The notes below the pieces were generated by a model. It had not been told where the DNA came from, did no database searches, and was given only the letters and a program-made list of their open reading frames with translations. A program made the translations under genes and the position numbers. DNA of 63,648 bases, filler included, from Octopus bimaculoides (Eukaryota): the NCBI RefSeq assembly GCF_001194135.2. It is 4 parts of 4 records of this genome, joined end to end, with 100 filler letters (N's around TTAATTAATTAA, not from the genome) between each part and the next. Parts side by side here need not be neighbours in the genome. Positions count along the whole stretch, not along the records: positions 1 to 31,758 come from NC_068994.1; 3 more parts are not named here. The stretch is one strand, 5' to 3'. Shown piece after piece: positions 12,157 to 25,367 of the stretch (position 1 is its first letter; the number at the start of each line of letters is the position of its first letter).

Positions 12157-12445
12157 TTATATATATATATCTATATATCATATTCAATCTATCGAAGAAG
12201 AAAGCAAGAATATTAGTTATATTTCCCATATATTCAGGGTTTATAGTCATCCTATATATGTACGTACACTAACACATACAAACGCACCTGTTTTGTAGAA
12301 CAAACAGGAGAACTAGAACTCAGTACATGGCCATATACTTCTTTCTTATTTTTAATCTGCAGTAAGTTACACTAACTCAAGGTCCGAGAATTTCGTACAT
12401 ATTTTATTTAAACGATTTCCTCAACAAAGGAACATTGCATGACAA

Positions 12446-12527
12446 GGCTCCGATGAAGCTCAAAGTTGTCATACACTCACTCATATCAGAGTGCATAGTT
12501 CTCCTATAGCGGAAACAGCTGTAAACC
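12446..12527 (+). ncRNA. Degenerate PLE-type hammerhead motif
   Basis: GGCT-CCGATGA-A-GCT-[47 nt]-AGC-G-GAAAC-AGCT-GTA|AACC, with U4 changed to C and one helix I mismatch. Confidence 0.5.
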
Positions 12528-13280
12528 AATGAATATGATGACATAAGTACTGTTTGTTTGTAATTCTCTTCTTAATGGACACACAAAAACACAAACACAC
12601 TTGCACATACGCACATACTACGCACTGCCGCTCTCACACTTACATGTATGAAATGCAATTTTTCTTTTGTAAAGAATAAAATAAGTAACAATTATGATAT
12701 GTCGGGTTTCGTTATTAGTTGGGAAGGAGGAGTTTGCAGCGGTGTCAGGACATCAGGTTGTTTAATTACATGAGAGTTAATGTGTTCGTGGGTGGTCAAT
12801 TGTCTTGATTTAATGACTTTGTGGGGTACGCAAATGAATATTGTATTGAGGACAGAGAAGACGCTATGTCGTTAAGAAATAATTGATTAAACATAGGAAC
12901 AAATATATACATATCCATGCNNNNNNNNNNNNNNNNNNNNNNNNNNNNNNNNNNNNNNNNNNNNNNNNNNNNNNNNNNNNNNNNNNNNNNNNNNNNNNNN
13001 NNNNNNNNNNNNNNNNNNNNNNNNNNNNNNNNNNNNNNNNNNNNNNNNNNNNNNNNNNNNNNNNNNNNNNNNNNNNNNNNNNNNNNNNNNNNNNNNNNNN
13101 NNNNNNNNNNATATACATACATATATATATGAAACTAACTAGAATTGTTAAATAATACGTAATGGATATATCTTCTGTTAATTAGTTTTCAAGGATGGGT
13201 GTGTTGTTACTGGTTCACGGGTATTGTTGTGGGTATGTGGGTATGTGTGACTGCGTGTCTGAGTGTGTGATTGTATACAT

Positions 13281-13311
<31 letters not shown>

Positions 13312-14058
13312 ATTGTATGTGTGACTCAGTCTGTGTGTGTGTGTGTATGTGCGTGTGTATGTGTGTGTGAGTGCGTGAGAAAGAGATTCTGTGATTGCAT
13401 TCGTCGTAAGTGGTTTATTGGTGTGTGTTTGGTAATGCGCGGTTAGGTAGGTGTGAGGGTACGAGGTTTCTCGTCTGTATAGACATGAAATTTGTGTGTG
13501 TATCTCTGTGTGTGTATGTGTGTGTGTGAGTGTGTGTGTGTTTATGAGCGTATGTGTATTTGTGTGTGAGTGTGTGTATGCGTGTGCTTGTGTGTCTTGT
13601 TTTTGAACCCTATTGTATATAAAGGTCTTCTTTCTTTTTCAGAAGAAATGTGAGCTTTATTATATCCTTACACAGACATACAAACGAACACACATACATA
13701 TAAAGCAGAGATATACACATATACACAGATGCACCACACACACACACACACACACACAGACACACAGACACACGCACACAGACACACAGACACACGCACA
13801 CGCACAAATGTGTATACATATACAAATATAAACATAAAAATATATACATAAACAAAATATAAACATGCATACATATACCATTATATTTTGACACCCCCTC
13901 CTCACAAACATATGTATATATCTGTGTGTCACTTTGTTTTTGTGTTTGACCCTACAACAGTGTTGGTATGTTAACGTCCCCGTAACTTAGCGTTTCGACA
14001 AAAGAGACCTATAAAATAACAACCTACCTGTCTGGAAAAAATATCAGCACTGGAAATA

Positions 14059-14110
<52 letters not shown>

Positions 14111-14429
14111 TACATATACATTTCTCCTATTAGTTGTAAACTATCTCTCTCTCTCTCTCTCTTTCTATATATATATATATATACAGACATAAACACATAA
14201 ACACATAGATTCATATATACACACACATACAACATAAATGCAGATATTCACGTCTATATACGGTGCAAAAGAGAAGCTAAGCGGGCATACAGACGTAAGC
14301 AGACACATATAATCATAGACGGTCATCGGTATATACAAAGGCATACACAAATCTATACGCCAACTTTTATATGCGTATACATATATATATATATATACAT
14401 GTACACTGATCATATGCATATATATATAT

Positions 14430-14960
14430 ATACATGCTTAATTCTGTGTGAGCATGCGTAAATACGGTCTATGAGGGGGTAGTTTTGTGGGTTGCGACAG
14501 TTCCTTGATAATCGTATTACGTGTGTGAGTTGTATCGATATTTTTTCTGACCTATGTTCAATACAGTTTGGACAGATGTGATGGTAGGGTATAGTAAAAG
14601 ACATTGAAGTTCCAAATGATGGCTGGTGAGTGGATGGTTGAAATGGAGGTATGTGTATATTGGTAGTTGGTAAAATTTAAGGTGACATCTAGAATGTCTA
14701 CTATTCTTAAGTTGATACACTTGATGATACCTTAGACAAAGTTTTTTATAAAGGAGCTGAAACTCTTTTGCTGAATTTTTCTGTGTACTGAGAGAGGCAG
14801 GGTTAATTTTTTTGAGGATACAGACGTCATCGTCTCTGTGAAGGCCGCTGTTTATGAAGAGGAATTTTATATTTGTTAGTGTATGAATAGGCCAATCAGG
14901 TCACATATTTTCCCTATACATAGTCGGTAGATTGGATAACGTATCACAGTTTAAAGACTC
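14430..14960 (-). mobile_element. Decayed Penelope-like element reverse transcriptase
   Basis: Minus-strand motifs in PLE order: KICDLIGLFI (cf. EICELVGLFI), GLHRDDDV (cf. GLYRDDGL), NLRIVDILDVTLN (cf. NLKIVNFLDVTLN), LHFNHP (cf. HxxSNHP). Stops and frameshifts are present. Confidence 0.85.
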
Positions 14961-15106
14961 GAAATGAAACTGACAGTCACTCCTTAACGTTGAACTTTGC
15001 AGTTCCTGAAATAAATCTCATTCTATCCTCAGTATTGAGATTATATTTTCCACTATGTATGCATGTATGCATATATGTATGTACATATATACGTATGTGT
15101 ATACGC

Positions 15107-15144
<38 letters not shown>

Positions 15145-15746
15145 NNNNNNNNNNNNNNNNNNNNNNNNNNNNNNNNNNNNNNNNNNNNNNNNNNNNNNNN
15201 NNNNNNNNNNNNNNNNNNNNNNNNNNNNNNNNNNNNNNNNNNNNNNNNNNNNNNNNNNNNNNNNNNNNNNNNNNNNNNNNNNNNNNNNNNNNNNNNNNNN
15301 NNNNNNNNNNNNNNNNNNNNNNNNNNNNNTATATATATATATATATATATATATGCGCATTTGTGCATTTGATTTTTACACACATATAATTGTACTTATT
15401 TATACTCTCATAAACACACAAGTGTATAATATTTCATACATGTATACATCTAGTGTGGTTTTGCTATTTTCTCCTGTACAATGTATTTTATATCTTTAAT
15501 CTTTTCATTTCACCTTTGTCCCCATACATATCGTCCTATATTTTAAGCTTAGACTTGCATGTATTATGCATACATATATCTCCATACAAACATAACTTTC
15601 TATACAACCACATACAAACATGCATGCATACAAAGATTTATTTCTATATGCATACTTGCATATCTCCGTATACACAATATAATATGCATATATATTTTCA
15701 TATATACACACGCACGTAGACACACACATATACATACACGCATACT

Positions 15747-15805
<59 letters not shown>

Positions 15806-17214
15806 TTCATGTGTGTAACTATACATATAATCTTTCATATACACATGCACACACATATATTCATGCCTGCACACTGCCCCCGCCTTCTCCAACAAATTTA
15901 TCTCTTCTAGCCACGAGTATACGGATGTCAGCAGCGCAAATAAATAATCGATGGTTTTGTTTGACTAAAGAAAGACAAAGAATAAATACATTAAAATGCA
16001 AGAAAAAAAAAGATAAAAAACCAGAAGGGGAAAAAAATCGATTTAGTATTTGCTATGCTGTAAATGACAAACAAAGAGACATAGAAAAAACAAAAGAAAC
16101 GAAAAAATAGCGTAAAAACAGGAACGTTTGTTTCAAATTCGTCCATGTTTATAAATTTACGATATATCGGTATTACAAAATGAGTATGAATGAATTATGT
16201 ATCACGAGTTTGCGTTTTCTTCTATTTCAAAATATACATTTCCAAGTGACCTCTTATGAGACAAGTGGTTGTTGCCATTGCTGTAATTGTTGTTATTTGT
16301 ATTGTTGTTGCTACCGTTGTTGCTGCCATTGCCGCTGATGTCGCTATCGTCGTCGTTGTTGCTCTGTTTGTCTATTAACTCCATATCAACGCCAATCGAA
16401 TACTGATTAAAAGAACACCAGTAGTGGCCATGACGTCCGTTTAAGGAATTTTCTACAGCTACTTCATCCAATGTATCTTTGCTTATATTGGGACGGCTAG
16501 AGCATGTGGTTTAGGAGAGATTTTGGCACTTGTTCACGTCATGTTGAGGGACCATACAGAAACTTTGTCGTTGGCTTGTGTGCGAACCTTATGCATTCCT
16601 AAAGTTACCATAAATGTACCCAGTAAAATTCGGTTTTTTCTTTCAACACCACGAAATTTTCAAAATTCCTTCAAAATAAAAGAGACAGTTTTCCCCGACT
16701 AAAACCTTTCAAGGCGGTGTTCCTGCATGGCTGCAGTATGATAACTGAAACAAAGAAGCGATAAAAGATTAAATAGTTGGAGATAGATAAGGTAGGTATA
16801 AATTAAGTGAATGACAGAATCGGTAGAGCGTCAGTCTCTCTACTTCGTGTTTCTTTTTCTTGTATCTTTTTATGACTGATTTCCAATTCCGCACTGGTCT
16901 ACTTTGTCTTTGAAAGTTAATAAAATAAATATTGGTCTAAATGTAATCGACTACATTCTAGAATGAAGTGACTGACTGCAGTTCCATGTCGAAAAATCAG
17001 TAAAATAACGATAAGGACAAGCTTAACTAATAGAGTATCGAAGTATTACTATCTGGGATGGTTCCATCTATGATATCTGGTTTGGCGTGAGAGAGAGGAT
17101 GGAAGGAAAGATGAATGGATAGACAGTCGCGTATACTCATATTTAATACGTTCTTGTGTATTCGGTCGTAGGAAGACTTTTCACTGCGGATAAAATCCTG
17201 GGAGAAAATTCCCG

Positions 17215-17266
17215 AGACTTTAGTAGAAGACGCTTGCCTAAGGTGCCACGCAGTGGGACTGAACTC
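17215..17266 (-). mobile_element. SINE family C fragment split by the 17278-18010 insertion
   Basis: Minus strand gagttcagtcccactgcgtggcaccttaggcaagcgtcttctac. Its upstream part (caagcttgacaactacatggattt) resumes at 18011-18045. Confidence 0.75.
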
Positions 17267-17277
17267 AAATCCATGTA

Positions 17278-17434
17278 CATTATTTACATTATTTACATTC
17301 GACGGATATTTGTCCTCATCTTGTTTGTTGTTAACCACTACGCCATATGCCCACGGGCATATGGCGTAGTGGTTAAGAGCGCGGGCTACTAACCCCACGA
17401 TTCCGAGTTCGATTCCAAGCAGTGACCTGAACAC

Positions 17435-17483
<49 letters not shown>

Positions 17484-17773
17484 NNNNNNNNNNNNNNNNN
17501 NNNNNNNNNNNNNNNNNNNNNNNNNNNNNNNNNNNNNNNNNNNNNNNNNNNNNNNNNNNNNNNNNNNNNNNNNNNNNNNNNNNNNNNNNNNNNNNNNNNN
17601 NNNNNNNNNNCATGTACATTATTTACATTATTTACATTCGACGGATATTTGTCCTCATCTTGTTTGTTGTTAACCACTACGCCATATGCCCACGGGCATA
17701 TGGCGTAGTGGTTAAGAGCGCGGGCTACTAACCCCACGATTCCGAGTTCGATTCCAAGCAGTGACCTGAACAC

Positions 17774-17827
<54 letters not shown>

Positions 17828-18010
17828 TAATAATAACATCGAAAAATACCTTAGGGATGAGAACTCAGGTTCGAAATTTCCCCAAGACACCTGAAGAAGG
17901 CTGGAGGGTATAACAACAAACAAGATGAGGACAAATATCCGTCAAATGTAAATAATGTAAATAATGTAAATAATGTACAGAATTCCTCATCTCTTAAATA
18001 TAGAACTGTG
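17278..18010 (+). mobile_element. Chimeric retroposon: inverted tail, tRNA head, (AAT)n and PLE-type 3' tail with hammerhead remnant
   Basis: Flanked by the 11-bp direct repeat AAATCCATGTA (17267-17277 and 18011-18021). A box TGGCGTAGTGG and B box GAGTTCGATTCC. GACAC-CTGAAGA-AGGCTGG at 17886-17904. The tail is homologous to 32016-32256. Confidence 0.8.
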
Positions 18011-19325
18011 AAATCCATGTAGTTGTCAAGCTTGCTCACGTGTGGATAAAAGACCCCAACAAAAACCAAAAGCAATGACACCACCAAAAGAAAACTCCAG
18101 ACGGGATGGTCATGAATGGAAAACCTTTCATCATAGATCACTCGGAGATGACTTGGGGTTAAACAACAATAAGCGTAATTCAGTCTAAGGTCTCACAAAT
18201 CAACCACTGATAAGGCAACTGTCTTTGTACAGACGGACATATATAACTTCGTTGAAGTGTTAGTTAATGTATTATTGTCTACTTCTCTGGTTTTGTTCTT
18301 TTTTATTTCCGCTTCTCTGCTATTTTCATTTGCTTTCCCCTTCTGTCCCCACATCTTCTTTGACGCACAATTTACGTCAATTCTTTCTTCTCTTCCTCCT
18401 CTTCTTCAGACTCCCGCCTTTCACATTATACGATTCAACGATATTCTTCTTTATACGTCAGATTTACAACAGAGGAATGAATCTACTATAATCGCTTTTG
18501 GAGCGGAATGGACCCCCCCCCCACACACACAAAAAAAAGAAGAAAAAAAAAAGAAACTACATGAAACTTCAAGACTGAATAATGGAATAAGTAATTAATA
18601 ATGCTTTATAAAGATAGAAAGAAATGAAGGGGAAAATAACATACAAAAGTGAAAACAAAACAAAACAAAACAAAAAAAATGAACCAACCTAGAAACAACG
18701 ATATGACCAGAAAAAACAAAACAAAACAATATGAATAAATTATTAATACTAGCAAAAACATTGTTCTAATACTGTAGGCAATTCTAGAAAAACTGATGGT
18801 GTACCGAGTTGTAGATGTGATGAAGGTGGACGCGTTGGTAGATGATAGAAACCGTTTTTGATAAACGACATGTTGTCAACGTTGCTAATCATAACTGATT
18901 ATTGCGTATTGCTGCTGTGATATTTATACGAAATCGTGTCATATATGTAATGTAATGTAATGTATGTATGTTCTTCGTTTTCTCTTTAATTTTGAGTAAA
19001 TTTTGACCGGGCACCTGTCTGTTAGCAAAGTTGTGAAGGAAAGCACCTTGTTCTATTCATCATCTTCTAAATCTTCAGAAAGCCTTGCAGACTTTTATAG
19101 TTCCAGATACCATAATCTCACTTGTAGTGTGTGTGTGTGTGTATGTGTGTGTGTGTGTGTGTGTATGTGGTGTGGTGTGTGTGTGTGTGTGTTGTGGTGA
19201 TGGTGATGGTGATGGTGGTGGTGGTGAGTGCGCGTGTATGTATGTATGTATGTATGTATGTATGTATGTATGTATGTATGGTAACAAACATTAATTGAAG
19301 GAACGTTCACTACCATTCTCTCGAG

Positions 19326-19656
19326 CATTGGTTCTTTACCATCTTTTACCTATGGACCCCCCTGATAACTATTTTATTCTGGTGGTTCCCCATAACCATT
19401 CGATGTTTTAAAACTAGTTTTATAGAAGCTTCTTTCAAAATTCCTATTTTGTTTTTCATACATTTGCTTGTGTAGGGTGAACTATGTAAAATGTCAGAGA
19501 AAGAAAATTTGATGTTTCTTGCAATACATACTAACACATACATCAGGAGCAAATTTTTTTTCAGGGACCCTTATAATAACATTGTGGATTCTCAATTTAT
19601 TATTTTGTTGCATGGACCCTCAAAAATCTTATATGGACCCCAGTTAAGAACCACTG
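19326..19656. mobile_element. hAT/Charlie-type MITE with 8-bp TSD
   Basis: TIRs cattggttctt and aagaaccactg; flanks ctctcgag and ctctagag match at 7 of 8 and fit the Charlie-type NTCTAGAN site. Confidence 0.8.
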
Positions 19657-20146
19657 CTCTAGAGGATTATATTTATTTTACTTTTACAAGGAAAAGGTTG
19701 AAAGTAACTTCGAAGTTTCGTTAAACTGTCTGACGAAACTTTAGAAAATAACCGTAAAGTTTTTCTTTCAAAAATATTCTTCTTACAGTACATACATATA
19801 TACATACATACAGACAGACAGACAGACAAATAGACAGACACTCACATACAAGTGTGTGTGTATGTACGTATTTCTCTTCCACACCTACGGCGCTTAGATC
19901 ATTTAGTACACGTGTATGAGTATAATTATATATAGGAAGCACTTACCCGTCTACAAGTGCCATTGACAATAATATACGCTAACGGATAAAATTAGATAAT
20001 GAAATAATTAGGTAGTAAGCAATTGATGAATAATGAAAAAATAAATTAATAATTAGACGTAGGTTCTTAACCATTTGAGTGTCTTCAATATCGTAGCATC
20101 TACCTCTCTGTCTGCTTGTATTTCCACATACCATCACCTGTATATA

Positions 20147-20185
<39 letters not shown>

Positions 20186-21036
20186 NNNNNNNNNNNNNNN
20201 NNNNNNNNNNNNNNNNNNNNNNNNNNNNNNNNNNNNNNNNNNNNNNNNNNNNNNNNNNNNNNNNNNNNNNNNNNNNNNNNNNNNNNNNNNNNNNNNNNNN
20301 NNNNNNNNNNNNNNNNNNNNNNNNNNNNNNNNNNNNNNNNNNNNNNNNNNNNNNNNNNNNNNNNNNNNNNNNNNNNNNNNNNNNNNNNNNNNNNNNNNNN
20401 NNNNNNNNNNNNNNNNNNNNNNNNNNNNNNNNNNNNNNNNNNNNNNNNNNNNNNNNNNNNNNNNNNNNNNNNNNNNNNNNNNNNNNNNNNNNNNNNNNNN
20501 NNNNNNNNNNNNNNNNNNNNNNNNNNNNNNNNNNNNNNNNNNNNNNNNNNNNNNNNNNNNNNNNNNNNNNNNNNNNNNNNNNNNNNNNNNNNNNNNNNNN
20601 NNNNNNNNNNNNNNNNNNNNNNNNNNNNNNNNNNNNNNNNNNNNNNNNNNNNNNNNNNNNNNNNNNNNNNNNNNNNNNNNNNNNNNNNNNNNNNNNNNNN
20701 NNNNNNNNNNNNNNNNNNNNNNNNNNNNNNNNNNNNNNNNNNNNNNNNNNNNNNNNNNNNNNNNNNNNNNNNNNNNNNNNNNNNNNNNNNNNNNNNNNNN
20801 NNNNNNNNNNNNNNNNNNNCATACATACATACATATGTATATATATATATATATCTATCTGTCTATCTGCGTATATGTACATATAGAAACATACATATAT
20901 ATATATGTGTGTGTGTGTGTGTGTCTGTGTGTGTATATATATTCATATATGTATATACGTATATACACATATATACACATACAAACATAAACACACACAC
21001 ATACACACACACACACACACACTGACAGAGTACAAA

Positions 21037-21188
21037 TTTCTACGCAGTTTCGGTCTCTCAAATTCACTCACTGGGCATTCATTTGGTCGACCGTAGTCTT
21101 TAGTAGAAGACATGTACCCAAGGTAACGGACAGTGGGACTGAACAATATGGTTACGAAGCGAACGTCTTAACCACACAGCCGTACCTG
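21037..21188 (-). mobile_element. 5' part of SINE family C, diverged
   Basis: Minus strand ggctgtgtggttaag...cagtcccactg...ccttgggtacatgtcttctacta...cggtcgaccaaa. Confidence 0.7.
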
Positions 21189-24100
21189 TAGGCAAGAGGT
21201 AATCGCTCCAACATTGCTATAAAAGACTGGTAATGTCTAGTTAGCAGTACGTAACTGGTGAGTCGAATCACGCTTTTAAATCATGTGCTTCACTTGTCAA
21301 AAGACAAGTAAAGCTGTTGGAAGCCAATCTCCGTTCATCTTTTCCACATCTGTAGTCTGCTGGCAACCTCGTACGCGGATTGCATGTACGTTGTGTAAAT
21401 GAAATGTGTGATGTAGTATTATGGTGTTGTACTGGCATTGCCGACTAGACATGCTGTAGCGGCATTTTGTCCTACTGTTGTCATTTATAACACCAGCTGT
21501 GTCCCGAAAGCAATCATATTCTACAATATCTTGAAAAGGTATTAGTTTTTCCTTACTGTATTACAAAAGATGAAAACAAACTATAAAAAAAACATAATAA
21601 AGGTAAAGAAAATAAAAGATAGAAAATAAACAAACCAATAAATAATCATGAAATGTGAGATGCAATAAATATACATTCGTCACACAATAAAATAAATCAG
21701 CCTCGCTTAAATTATGTCCAAGTTCAAATAAACCGTCAAACAGATATAGAGCAAATGTAACATCTTGGAATAAATAACAAAAACAAAAGCGCTTCGTTTA
21801 AATGTTTAAACAAAATGACTTTATTACACAGCAGTCTTTAAAGCAATGCATCTAACCTGACCTCGATGTGGGCGAGCTTACAATAGCGTGGTAATCTACA
21901 TACGAATATAAATGTCTGGATAATGCTGCGTTTTGTCTTGATACGAGCACAATCGACATTACAAGACAGCGGTCGTGTGAGCCATTGCAAGAAGACAAAG
22001 TTTTGGTATTTACAAAATTATAGTACTTATCTATGTTGTTGTACACACACACATACATACATACATAAATACATACATACACGCGGGCGCACACACATGT
22101 ATGGTAATCTAAAAGTGCACTTATCAAACTCATTCTATATTTTAAAAGAAGATAATGGGTTTTACATGAATTTTCTTACAAATTTTACAACACGGCTCAA
22201 CATACCGCTCTTTACAAGACAGTGGTCTCGTAAATAAGAAGACAGCAGGCTTTAGTAAAGCCTAGCTTAGGCACTATATAACAAATTTTAAGTATTTAAT
22301 ATTTGAAAATGTGCTCTATGATCTTAGGATGAGTCTAAAATTTCAGAGGACTGATGCGGCAAGGAGCAACTAGCAGGAGGGGTCAGACGTTTGTGTCCTG
22401 TCTCTGATACTTAACTTTCAAAGTTTGAATCTTGATCGCTTTGAGTTGATATTGATGACCACTGTAAGCAGTGGTAGCACTATAGTGTTGAGGAGTGTTT
22501 ATTTGGTTTACAGAACTTAGTTAAAAATCGTCTAGTGAAGCCTGCAGAAGATAATGGGAAAAATCACTACAATCTGTTTCACTCGTCACCATTATACGAT
22601 GAATAAATCTTTAGACGTGTCTCTATGATCTTATAGGGGTTATTGCATTAAAAACAAAAAATACAAAACAATCCTTCCGATGTAAAAAAAAAAAAACCCC
22701 AAAAAAGAAATATATGTTTATTTCCGAACTTTTTCATTATGAGTTCAAATTATAAAGAAGTAGACTTCAACATTCAGGACAGAAAATTGCGAGCAATGGA
22801 ATGAAATCAAGTCAGTCACCAACACCACCAACATCAATACGAGCACCATTTCCTGTTTTGACCTATAAAACAGTTAACCATTCGTTGCCGAGTCCACAGA
22901 AACAATTATGAATAAGGTGTTGATGAACAAGCAGTATGAACGATGTGACAAAGCTATTTTTACAAGTCATTAATAGTTTTAATTATTATGATATAATCAG
23001 CATTGAACCGCCAATGAAGTAGTATTGCACAGTAAAAGTTTGACACGTTCACAACAGCGCTTATTGAATCTAAGGCGCGTTGCAAATCTTCTGAAACCAT
23101 TCTGATCTTTTGATGTCTATTTGAATGATGATGGGACACAAAAGAATTTCACGTATCCAATCTGGAGCTCATTAACTATTGTCGTTTATAATGAATAAAA
23201 CCTGATTAACACAAATTATTGTTGTATGAAGACACTTGTAGGAAACTTCTCTCTCAATTCATAAAGCTTGATTAAATTCTACCAAGATTGATTACCTCTC
23301 GCGTTTACACAACTGGTAATTTTACCGTGCTATGTATAATGAAAGTAACTTTTAAATCACACCTCTCAATACAAGTTTTACAAATATCACGAACTGTGTT
23401 GTTGTTCAACATATAGCACTACATATTTAAATGATTGTAAATTTAGACTAAGTCGAAGTTGAATTGATTGTTTTATATATGAAGAGTATTACTGCTTTAG
23501 CTTCTTGTATTTTCTTGTATACTTTGAGACTTTACTAGAATTTATTATTTTATGTGATCTTTCGAACCAAGGATTTCTGCTTCTGTGAATGTAGATATTT
23601 CAGTAGTTTGTTCTGTATGTATTATCTTATATTTTGTATATATTTTTTAGTGTTGTTTAAGATTACGAATTTTTCTTAACTCTAAAAATCCTGAGAGAGA
23701 TTTTCATATGGCTTCCGATTCCTCTGCAGAACTTGGTCAAACACACACACACACACACACACACACANNNNNNNNNNNNNNNNNNNNNNNNNNNNNNNNN
23801 NNNNNNNNNNNNNNNNNNNNNNNNNNNNNNNNNNNNNNNNNNNNNNNNNNNNNNNNNNNNNNNNNNNNNNNNNNNNNNNNNNNNNNNNNNNNNNNNNNNN
23901 NNNNNNNNNNNNNNNNNNNNNNNNNNNNNNNNNNNNNNNNNNNNNNNNNNNNNNNNNNNNNNNNNNNNNNNNNNNNNNNNNNNNNNNNNNNNNNNNNNNN
24001 NNNNNNNNNNNNNNNNNNNNNNNNNNNNNNNNNNNNNNNNNNNNNNNNNNNNNNNNNNNNNNNNNNNNNNNNNNNNNNNNNNNNNNNNNNNNNNNNNNNN

Positions 24101-24672
24101 NNNNNNNNNNNNNNNNNNNNNNNNNNNNNNNNNNNNNNNNNNNNNNNNNNNNNNNNNNNNNNNNNNNNNNNNNNNNNNNNNNNNNNNNNNNNNNNNNNNN
24201 NNNNNNNNNNNNNNNNNNNNNNNNNNNNNNNNNNNNNNNNNNNNNNNNNNNNNNNNNNNNNNNNNNNNNNNNNNNNNNNNNNNNNNNNNNNNNNNNNNNN
24301 NNNNNNNNNNNNNNNNNNNNNNNNNNNNNNNNNNNNNNNNNNNNNNNNNNNNNNNNNNNNNNNNNNNNNNNNNNNNNNNNNNNNNNNNNNNNNNNNNNNN
24401 NNNNNNNNNNNNNNNNNNNNNNNNNNNNNNNNNNNNNNNNNNNNNNNNNNNNNNNNNNNNNNNNNNNNNNNNNNNNNNNNNNNNNNNNNNNNNNNNNNNN
24501 NNNNNNNNNNNNNNNNNNNNNNNNNNNNNNNNNNNNNNNNNNNNNNNNNNNNNNNNNNNNNNNNNNNNNNNNNNNNNNNNNNNNNNNNNNNNNNNNNNNN
24601 NNNNNNNNNNNNNNNNNNNNNNNNNNNNNNNNNNNNNNNNNNNNNNNNNNNNNNNNNNNNNNNNNNNNNNNN

Positions 24673-24781
24673 GAAAGGTAGAGCTGACCTCAGCGGAATT
24701 TAGACTCAAAGCATAACGAGGAAGAAATGCCGCTAAGCATTTTGTCCGGCGCGCTAAGGATTTTACCAGCTCACCGTCTTA
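24673..24781 (-). mobile_element. 5' part of SINE family A (cut by gap)
   Basis: ccgctaagcattttgtccggcgcgctaa...ccagctcaccgtctta is the reverse complement of the family A head. Confidence 0.75.
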
Positions 24782-24796
24782 AAGAATTTTAGATCG

Positions 24797-25118
24797 AAGG
24801 CACGTGGCTTAGTGGTCAGGGGTATTGGACTTACGATCGTAAGTTCGTGAGTTCGATTCCCGGCGGCACGTTGTGTCCTTGAGCAAGACACTTTATTTCA
24901 CGTTGATCCAGTCCACTCAGCTGGCAAAAATGAGTTGTACTTGTGTTTCGAAGGTCCAGCCTTGTCACATTCTGAGTCCCATTGAATCTCGTTTAGAACT
25001 ACGTTAGGTGTACGTTTGTCTATGGAGTGCTCAGCCACTTGTACGTTAATTTCACGAGGAGACTGTTCCGTTGATCGGATCAACTGGAACACACGTTGTC
25101 GTAACCGACGCAGTGCCA
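24797..25118 (+). mobile_element. Full-length CORE-type SINE family B
   Basis: A box tggcttagtgg, B box gagttcgattcc, CORE-like gttgtgtccttgagcaagacact; aligns over ~320 bp with 52478-52797. Confidence 0.85.
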
Positions 25119-25367
25119 GATGGACGGGATCTTAAAGAATTTATATAGTAAAAGATATATTTCTTATAGCGGTGCAATACATAAGCCTATAGAGAAAATG
25201 TCAGTGTGGTAGCTTGATTAACTATAGGTTAAGATAAACTTTTAAACACCATAAATCCGCTATACATAATTGAGGCTTTAAAAAAATTAAAATAGCCATG
25301 TATGCAACATATTGAATGCATGTACACAGTTGGTACGCCATTTACAGCAGTATTTGGCTTGAGACAA

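Noticed and set aside
16202-16471. Asn-rich minus-strand ORF
   Set aside because: Low-complexity (AAC/GCA)-derived sequence with no convincing splice pair or recognisable homology.
17355-17430. tRNA gene
   Set aside because: It has A and B boxes and an anticodon-like loop, but no acceptor stem closure. It is the head of a TSD-bounded retroposon.
21290-21560. ~85-codon open minus frame
   Set aside because: No clear splice boundaries or family motif; within chance expectation.
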